Shown in pieces: positions 57,539 to 64,000 of a stretch of DNA of 64,000 bases. The translations under genes were made by a program, and so were the position numbers. Numbering within the stretch: the first letter of the stretch is position 1; each line of letters starts with the position of its first letter. Source of the stretch: Candidatus Binatia bacterium (GTDB lineage Bacteria; Desulfobacterota; Binatia; Bin18); contig OY761159.2 of NCBI GenBank assembly GCA_963664395.2, positions 4,640,001-4,704,000 on the forward strand. The letters are read 5' to 3'. Under the pieces are notes generated by a model. That model was not told the origin of the DNA. It did no database searches and worked only from the letters and a program-made list of their open reading frames with translations.

Positions 57539-57750
57539 TTCTCCGGGTCAAGGTCTTCGGTCAACCCGGCACGATCCTGAGCAAGTGCCTCGGTAGCCAA
57601 TGCATCAAAGTGGTCCTTATTGGCCGCAAAAAAGGCATCCCAATGTTCTTCCTCTTCAATCTCAGCAGGCACCGATTTTTTGATTGTATCCTGTCTTTTT
57701 GAAAAATAGCTGGTAGCCACATGGCCACTATTCTGTTCCTTTGTACTCAT
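57532..57750 (-). CDS. Putative antitoxin of the ParE-like toxin
   Basis: Small acidic ORF overlapping the toxin start; WDAFFA....FDALATEAL...RAG.TEDLDP. Confidence 0.7.
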   Translation of the reverse strand: MSTKEQNSGHVATSYFSKRQDTIKKSVPAEIEEEEHWDAFFAANKDHFDALATEALAQDRAGLTEDLDPEKW

Positions 57751-58120
57751 TTTAATCTCCCTTCTAGCGGCTCGTCCATCGTGCTTGCATCTCTAACGCA
57801 CCAACGGCCTTATGACAACTATACACAACACATATAAAGATACATAAAACATATATAAAACATGACAAGACATTACATAATAATATGCTGAGTCTTCTCC
57901 CTTAAGAGGGCTTGGATAAGATTGCATGTAATTCCCTCCGCAGATGGGGCACTTTTCTTCAGTCTCTGCCATTTTTTCTCCTCAAAGTTTTTGGAATCCG
58001 TAATCACAAAAAATAATGTTTTTCTGGCAGCACAGCGCGATATACGGATATGCCTATTTTTGGGCACGGACCCCCCGGTCAGGCGCCCCTACCTAAAAAT
58101 TAGGCGCCCGAACATCTCCC

Positions 58121-58222
58121 TCATATCCCCCCCGGCGCGACACTCAAATACAACGTGTCGCCGTCACCGTGCAGGCCCGTTCTGGTGATCGCCCTCACTT
58201 TAGCGGCGGTGAGCTTTCCCAT
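58121..58222 (-). pseudogene. P4-like tyrosine integrase N-terminal fragment
   Basis: GGAAAGGA RBS, then MGKLTAAKVRAITRTGLHGDGDTLYLSVAPGG and a stop; just downstream of the tmRNA 3' end. Confidence 0.75.
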
Positions 58223-58382
58223 GTCGTCTTTCCTTTCCCCATATTTTTCCCCAAGTTCCATTAGGGATTTTATAGGAATCGAACGGAAGACACACGCCCG
58301 TCAGAAAATAAAAAGCCCTGTAATCACAAGGATTTCAGGGCTTCTCAGGGAACGGACGGGAATAGAAGAAATCAAGAAGGGA

Positions 58383-58734
58383 TGGAGGCGGCGGGAATCG
58401 AACCCGCGTCCGAGAGTAGTCCACTCAAGGCATCTACAATGCGTAGCTCGTACTTTGATCTTATCCTCGGGCCTCCTACGAGCGGGATGCCCTCAGACCA
58501 GCCAAAGTAAATTTTCGGGCTCGCACCCCTCGGCAATATGCGAGCCCTATCCCGATTTGTGTCGCCTTATTCAACCCTACGGGCACGGATCGGTAAGACG
58601 CAAGCTGCTCTAGGCAGCGAGAGCGTAATCAAAATCGTCTGCAGTTAAATTGCAGCCTGTCCGTTTTACGGGCGGGACAGAACCCCGGCATGCAGCCCTG
58701 GCTTTCTAACCCACGTCGAAACCAGATCGCCCCC
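58383..58734 (-). ncRNA. ssrA: tmRNA; tag peptide (A)ADDFDYALAA
   Basis: 5' GGGGGCGATCTGGTTTCGAC, 3' GCGGGTTCGATTCCCGCCGCCTCCA; tag ORF 58642-58610 ending ALAA-TAG; adjacent to smpB. Confidence 0.96.
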
Positions 58735-58788
58735 TTATCAGAATTATTTCTCTCCCGCAGAGAGGAAGATCAAAAAGAGTATACTCCC

Positions 58789-59259
58789 CTAGCCTGTCCG
58801 TCTATGCATGGCCCGTTCGACATCGCGCTTCATCTCGCGTTCGCGAATGGCAGCGCGCTTGTCATACATCCGTTTACCTTTGGCCAAAGCCAGTTCGACC
58901 TTGACCCGACCTTGCTTAAAGTACAGGCGCAGAGGCACCAGGGTCAATCCCTGCTCCTTTGTTTTTCCCATAAGACGCATGATCTCCTTTTTGTGCAGAA
59001 GGAGCTTGCGCCTGCGTGTCGGATCACCGTTAAAGTAGTAGGCCGGTTCATAGTCGCTAATATGCGCGTTCAATAAAAACGCCTCTCCCCTGTCGATCCG
59101 GCCATAGCTGTCTTTGAGATTGGCCCGGCCATCACGGAGCGATTTGACTTCTCTACCGTTCAGCACAAGCCCGGCTTCAAAGGTTTCGTTAATGATATAG
59201 TCGTGCCGCGCTTTGCGATTGACGCAGATCGCTCTTTCGGCGGGTTTCTCTTTGGCCAT
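58789..59259 (-). CDS. smpB: SsrA-binding protein
   Basis: NRKARHDY, EAGLVL.G.EVKSLR, RKLLLHKKEI, LAKGK..YDKR. Confidence 0.97.
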   Translation of the reverse strand: MAKEKPAERAICVNRKARHDYIINETFEAGLVLNGREVKSLRDGRANLKDSYGRIDRGEAFLLNAHISDYEPAYYFNGDPTRRRKLLLHKKEIMRLMGKTKEQGLTLVPLRLYFKQGRVKVELALAKGKRMYDKRAAIREREMKRDVERAMHRRTG

Positions 59260-59274
59260 GTTCACACTCTGCGA

Positions 59275-60117
59275 CTAGTGTAGCACACGGTTATCAATAA
59301 GCCGGACATCTCCGACCCAGACCGCGATGGCCAACAGGGTAGGACCGGATACCTGCGCCACTTCTTCGAGCGTTTCAGGATGGCACAGGGAGGCGTACTC
59401 GACCCGCACCGCGGCGTTTTGGGTCAACACCTGCCGGACAGCTTGAAGAATAACGGCTGAGGACAAGAGCCCGCCCGAGACGGTCTCTTGGGCAGTCTTG
59501 AGCGCGCGCGCAACACATAGACTCGTCTCTCTTTCAACAGCACTCAGCCGTGCATTACGGGAACTCAGGGCCAAGCCGTCTTCCTCGCGTACCGTCGGCA
59601 TAGTGACGATATCGATGTCAAAGTTCAGGTCCTGGACCATACGTTTGATAACGACGCACTGCTGGAAATCTTTCTCGCCAAACAGCGCGCAATGCGGCTT
59701 GACCATATTGAACAGCTTGGCCACAACCGTTGTCACACCCCGAAAATGACCGGGACGAAAGGCGCCGCACAGGGGTTGGCTGACTTTCTCGACCTCAACC
59801 CCGGTCTGATAGTCATCGGGGTAGATTTCAGCGGGCGGCGGCATGAACAATACGTCGGTGCCCAGTTCTTTCAGGAGGCTTTCATCCTGCGCCCCGTTCC
59901 GCGGATATTTGTCGAAATCGGATGCTTGGTTGAACTGCATGGGATTGACGAAAATCGAAACAACAACAACATCACTTCGATTTTTCGCCTCACGCACAAG
60001 ACTCAGATGACCCTCGTGCAGAAACCCCATCGTGGGGACAAAGGCCACAGTCTTACCCTCCAGGCGTTGGCCTTCCGACCAACGCTGCATCTCCCGAACG
60101 GTCTGAATAATGTTCAC
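59275..60117 (-). CDS. panC: Pantoate--beta-alanine ligase
   Basis: FVPTMGFLHEGHLSL, SIFVNP.QF, RPGHFRGV, FGEKDFQQ, GLALSSRN, RLIDN. Confidence 0.97.
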   Translation of the reverse strand: MNIIQTVREMQRWSEGQRLEGKTVAFVPTMGFLHEGHLSLVREAKNRSDVVVVSIFVNPMQFNQASDFDKYPRNGAQDESLLKELGTDVLFMPPPAEIYPDDYQTGVEVEKVSQPLCGAFRPGHFRGVTTVVAKLFNMVKPHCALFGEKDFQQCVVIKRMVQDLNFDIDIVTMPTVREEDGLALSSRNARLSAVERETSLCVARALKTAQETVSGGLLSSAVILQAVRQVLTQNAAVRVEYASLCHPETLEEVAQVSGPTLLAIAVWVGDVRLIDNRVLH

Positions 60118-60148
60118 GGCTGTGGTTTCCGAGTACGAGAGGCACTAT

Positions 60149-60967
60149 CTAATGGAATGAGTGCTCATCTTGAGGGAACGCCTGCTCCCGCACGTCACTG
60201 ATATAGGCATGCACCGCGTCTGCAACGACGCGCTCCAGATTGGCGTAACGTTTGACAAATTTAGGCGTAAAATCGCCTGACATGCCCAGCAGGTCATGCA
60301 TCACCAGAATCTGGCCATCACAGTGCGGGCCGGCGCCAATGCCAATGGTTGGAATAGGCAGCATGTCCGTTATCTCGGCAGCCAGGTCCATCGGGACCCC
60401 TTCCAAGACCACCGCAAAAGCGCCAGCATTGGTGACGGCTTCTGCGTCTTCAATCAAACGTTCCCGAGCGCCGGGTTGGCGGCCCGATTTCTTGCCCTGG
60501 ACCTTATAGCCGCCCATGCGATGCACCGACTGCGGCGTCAGACCAATATGGCCCATAACGGGAATATCCACATTCACGATAGCCTTGACGACCCGCGCGA
60601 TGTTGACCCCGCCTTCCAGTTTGACGGCCTCGGCCCCGCCTTCCTTGAGTAATCGCCCGGCATTGGCAATCGCGTCACAGATGCCGGCCTGGTAGGATAA
60701 AAAAGGCATATCACCCACAACGAGCGCGCGCGGGCGGGCCCGATTGACCAGCCTGAGGTGGTAGACCATATCGTCCATCGTAACCGGCAGGGTCGTATCC
60801 GCCCCCTGCACTGTCGTGCCTAAAGAATCGCCGACAAGCAGAAAGTCGATGCCACATTCGTCCAGGATGCGGGCGAACGGGTAGTCGTAGGCGGTCAGGG
60901 CGGTGATCTTTTGCCCCGACGCTTTCAGCCGTTGCAGTTCAGGAACCGAAATCTTTGCGTGTTGCAT
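60149..60967 (-). CDS. panB: 3-methyl-2-oxobutanoate hydroxymethyltransferase
   Basis: [46 protein letters not shown]; ATG 60967 with AAGGAGG. Confidence 0.97.
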   Translation of the reverse strand: MQHAKISVPELQRLKASGQKITALTAYDYPFARILDECGIDFLLVGDSLGTTVQGADTTLPVTMDDMVYHLRLVNRARPRALVVGDMPFLSYQAGICDAIANAGRLLKEGGAEAVKLEGGVNIARVVKAIVNVDIPVMGHIGLTPQSVHRMGGYKVQGKKSGRQPGARERLIEDAEAVTNAGAFAVVLEGVPMDLAAEITDMLPIPTIGIGAGPHCDGQILVMHDLLGMSGDFTPKFVKRYANLERVVADAVHAYISDVREQAFPQDEHSFH

Positions 60968-61109
60968 ATCGTCCCTCCTTACAGTCTGCATCTTCTCCAC
61001 GAACCACAGCCGGAGGGCGTCGGGACAGGGAAGGTGGGTTGAGAGCCATGCCGGCTTTTGCCAAAGCCGCACGCTGTCGCTCTTCCCTGTCGTATAGCTT
61101 TTCTGCCAT

Positions 61110-61144
61110 CCGTCTCGGTCCGTACAACAATTGGATCCAAGCGG
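61110..61144 (-). ncRNA. pan RNA motif-like hairpin in the panB leader
   Basis: CCGCUUGG(A)UCC..loop..GGACCGAG(A)CGG: a stem with one bulged A on each strand, upstream of panBC. Confidence 0.7.
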
Positions 61145-61340
61145 TCTACCACAACTATCCTTTTGCCCCTCCAGAGCCTATTTGGGTCGACCCGTTTGTC
61201 GCCCGGCGGCTCTTTCCCCAGCCTTCTGTCCAGGGCAAAACAATAGTATGGGCGTGCTGATAGCATACTTGTCTGAGGATTGTCTAGGGTCTTTTGTTCT
61301 TTTTCTTTTCTCATTTCACCCTTCTTGCTAGGGTATTGGC

Positions 61341-62435
61341 ATGAACAAGCCAAACGCTCAAGACGCTCAAGATACTCAAGATACTATTGGCCAATGCCTC
61401 ATGGTTGGCATCCCACATGCAACCCTCGATTCCGAAACGCGGGATATACTCTCTGACTTGCAGCCTGGTGGCGTCATCCTCTTTCGTCGGAATTATACGG
61501 ACCCGGACACGCTCCAAGCCCTGTGTGCGGATTTACATACCCTGACTCCCGAGCATCCACCCTTGATTGCTCTTGACCATGAAGGCGGACGGGTCCATCG
61601 TCTCTCACCACCCTTCACCCATTTTCCACCCGCCTTTCAGATCGGTCAGACCGGCTCTCCACAACTCGCCTATGAGGTCGGTGTCGCACTTGGGCGGGAG
61701 TTGCGCAGTGTGGGCATAGATATCGACTTTGCGCCCGTGCTGGACGTGTATAGCAATCCTGACAACACGGTTATTGGCGACCGCGCGTTTGGCTCCGATC
61801 CACAACGTGTGGCGGAGTTCGGCTGCGCCCTTGCCGCCGGACTGCGCGCTGCGGGTGTGCTCCCATGCGGCAAACACTTTCCTGGACACGGGGCGACCGT
61901 CATCGATTCGCACGACGACCTGCCCTACGATGAACGGGACAGCACCACCCTGGAAGAGGTTGACCTCATCCCGTTTCAAGCCGCTATTGCCCAGCAGATC
62001 GAGCTCCTGATGACCGCCCACGTGGCGTATCCGGCCCTTGACCCGCATCAACCCGCCTCGCTCTCCTCCGTCATCATGAACGATCTGCTGCGGAAACGAT
62101 TGGGATTCCAGGGCGTCATTGTCTCGGACGATCTGGAGATGGGCGCTATTGTTTGCACTTCGTCGGTTGAAGCCGCAGCGGTCCGGGCGCTGAGATCAGG
62201 AGCCGACCTCTTATTGGTCTGTCAGAGTCTGGAGCGCGCCCGCAGCGCTCGGGATGCGTGCCGGCAGGCGCTGCAACGAGGCGTTTTGACCGAGAGCCGT
62301 CTGAACGAAGCACAGCGTCGTGTTGAGCGGCTGAAGCAGCGCATTGCAGACCGGGCACCTCTCTCGCTGCCAGCAATCGGAGCGCCGGAACACCACGTCC
62401 TGGTAGACACGATTATCCAAAAAACAGCGGGATAA
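61341..62435 (+). CDS. nagZ: Beta-N-acetylhexosaminidase (GH3)
   Basis: GGVILFRRN, DHEGGRV, FAPVLD, IGDRAF, KHFPGHG...DSH, SDDLEMGA. Confidence 0.93.
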   Translation: MNKPNAQDAQDTQDTIGQCLMVGIPHATLDSETRDILSDLQPGGVILFRRNYTDPDTLQALCADLHTLTPEHPPLIALDHEGGRVHRLSPPFTHFPPAFQIGQTGSPQLAYEVGVALGRELRSVGIDIDFAPVLDVYSNPDNTVIGDRAFGSDPQRVAEFGCALAAGLRAAGVLPCGKHFPGHGATVIDSHDDLPYDERDSTTLEEVDLIPFQAAIAQQIELLMTAHVAYPALDPHQPASLSSVIMNDLLRKRLGFQGVIVSDDLEMGAIVCTSSVEAAAVRALRSGADLLLVCQSLERARSARDACRQALQRGVLTESRLNEAQRRVERLKQRIADRAPLSLPAIGAPEHHVLVDTIIQKTAG

Positions 62436-62441
62436 GTGCGG

Positions 62442-63482
62442 CTATCTTTTGACAAATTTCGGCAACGACTGCGCATACGGACTACGGGCAACGCCTTTTT
62501 CAGTGATGATCGCACTGACGAGAGAATGAGGTGTCACATCAAAGGCCGGATGAGCAACCGCGATCCCACTAGGAGCAATCTGTTGGCGCAACACATGAGT
62601 GACTTCCCGGGCGGACCGTTCTTCAATCGGAATCTTCTTGCCGGAGGGACAGTCCAGGTCAATCGACGTGGTTGGGGCGGCCACATAGAACGGCAGCTTG
62701 TGTCGTCCGGCCAGCACGGCAGAGGTATACGTGCCGATCTTGTTGGCGACATCCCCATTGGCCGCCGTGCGGTCGGTACCCACAACGACACAATCAATCG
62801 CGCCCTGCTGCATGAAATGACCGATCATATTGTCGGTAATCAGGGTGGCGGGAATCCCCTCGCGGACGAGTTCCCAGGCGGTTAAACGCGCGCCCTGTAA
62901 ATACGGCCGGGTTTCCGGCACAAAGACGGAGATATTCTTGCCCTGCTCCCAGGCAGCCCGGATCACCCCCAGGGCGGTTCCATACCCAGCCGTTGCCAGC
63001 GCCCCGGCATTACAATGCGTCAAAACAGTCGCCCCTTGAGGAATCAATTTCGCGCCGTGGCGGCCTATGCGCCGATTGGCGGCTATGTCTTCCCGATAGA
63101 TTTTCAGGGCCTCCTGCTCCAGGGCGGCAATCAGAGCGTCACGGCCTTTGGCCCGCACTTTCTCATACCGACGTTGCATCCGTTTAATGGCCCAAAAAAG
63201 GTTGACTGCGGTTGGCCGCGTCGCGGCAAACACCTGACACAAGCGCTCAAACGCCTCGGGCTGCGCACTCCGTTTGAGCTGTCGCGCTCCAAGCGCAATC
63301 CCCATGGCAGCGGCAACGCCAATCGCAGGCGCGCCGCGAATCACCATATCGGTGATGGCTCGCGCAACGCCCCGGTAATCTTTATAGGTGCGGTAGACTT
63401 CCCGAGTGGGCAATGCGCGTTGGTCAATCATAACCACCGCACCATCCCGCCACGCTATAGTGAAGAACGAAGCTGGCTTCAT
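62442..63482 (-). CDS. mtnA: Methylthioribose-1-phosphate isomerase
   Basis: [68 protein letters not shown]. Confidence 0.96.
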   Translation of the reverse strand: MKPASFFTIAWRDGAVVMIDQRALPTREVYRTYKDYRGVARAITDMVIRGAPAIGVAAAMGIALGARQLKRSAQPEAFERLCQVFAATRPTAVNLFWAIKRMQRRYEKVRAKGRDALIAALEQEALKIYREDIAANRRIGRHGAKLIPQGATVLTHCNAGALATAGYGTALGVIRAAWEQGKNISVFVPETRPYLQGARLTAWELVREGIPATLITDNMIGHFMQQGAIDCVVVGTDRTAANGDVANKIGTYTSAVLAGRHKLPFYVAAPTTSIDLDCPSGKKIPIEERSAREVTHVLRQQIAPSGIAVAHPAFDVTPHSLVSAIITEKGVARSPYAQSLPKFVKR

Positions 63483-63524
63483 GCCTTCCTTTCTCTTCGC
63501 AGACCCGTTTTGCGATTCAGGACC

Positions 63525-64000
63525 TCACTCGACGAGTTGGACACCCTCGTGAGGAGTCCAGACAGCCACTGTCTTGTCATCCTCCGCTCTTTTGAGCGTC
63601 ACGGTTTCCAGCCCTGGCTCAGGCACAGATAAATCCTGGCTATTCTTTTGCCACGTCGTCGCAACCAGTTCGACCACTGTGGAGCGTTGGTCCGGAGTCA
63701 GGTCGGCCCATTTTTGAGAGACGGATACGGACACGGAGCGCCCATAGTCGCTGGCTTCCATTCCGTAGTAAATATCGGCCCATAGACTTTCAGAGAGCTG
63801 CGTGTCCGTTCGGTAGACACAGGTCCAAAGGGCGGGACTGATATCAGCAGGCAGATCAGCCGGTGGCTGCGGCTCTTCCTGCACCATTGGCTCTTCGGGC
63901 TGTTGCTGCGGTGCCTCGTCCGGCGAACGAAAATAAATAAAAAGTCCGATCAACACCAGGACAAAGGTGGTCGGTATTTTCCGCAGCCCAGCGCCGATAG
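63525..64000 (-). CDS. Hypothetical membrane-anchored protein, 5' end outside the window
   Basis: Frame open to base 64000; TM segment (FVLVLIGLFIYF), Pro/Gln linker, small globular domain. Confidence 0.65.
   Translation of the reverse strand, partial: IGAGLRKIPTTFVLVLIGLFIYFRSPDEAPQQQPEEPMVQEEPQPPADLPADISPALWTCVYRTDTQLSESLWADIYYGMEASDYGRSVSVSVSQKWADLTPDQRSTVVELVATTWQKNSQDLSVPEPGLETVTLKRAEDDKTVAVWTPHEGVQLVE

Overview
Bacterial chromosomal window. Its gene content (LLM oxidoreductase, paired CoA-transferases, several VOC proteins, MlaD, c-type cytochromes) suggests a diderm, deltaproteobacteria-like lineage, but that taxonomy is only a guess. Bases 1-27 kb are mostly housekeeping: hemE-hemH-hemY, a Topo IV-like A/B pair, gloA, an RhlE-like helicase, nadA with NrtR and two NrtR boxes, mutS-mutL-dusB, a stand-alone EF-G and tRNA-Leu(TAA). 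This part also hides a CYCXC/PCYCGC-type selenoprotein that the ORF track truncates at an in-frame UGA. Bases 27-39 kb hold two uncharacterised TPR-like envelope proteins converging on a six-gene vWA / FHA / pseudokinase-PP2C / receptor Ser-Thr kinase cluster, the best candidate for an undescribed system. Bases 44.3-58.4 kb are a defence island next to the tmRNA 3' end. It carries three toxin-antitoxin pairs, an ABC/AAA ATPase plus TOPRIM-like pair, and a type I R-M locus with an HTH-ImmA/IrrE plus PIN-like (DUF4411-like) pair between hsdS and hsdR. It also has a 251-bp direct repeat, a duplicated att site and a split, inverted integrase remnant. The window ends with tmRNA, smpB, panC-panB with a pan-motif-like RNA hairpin, nagZ and mtnA. 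All family assignments come from motifs recognised by eye, not from database searches.
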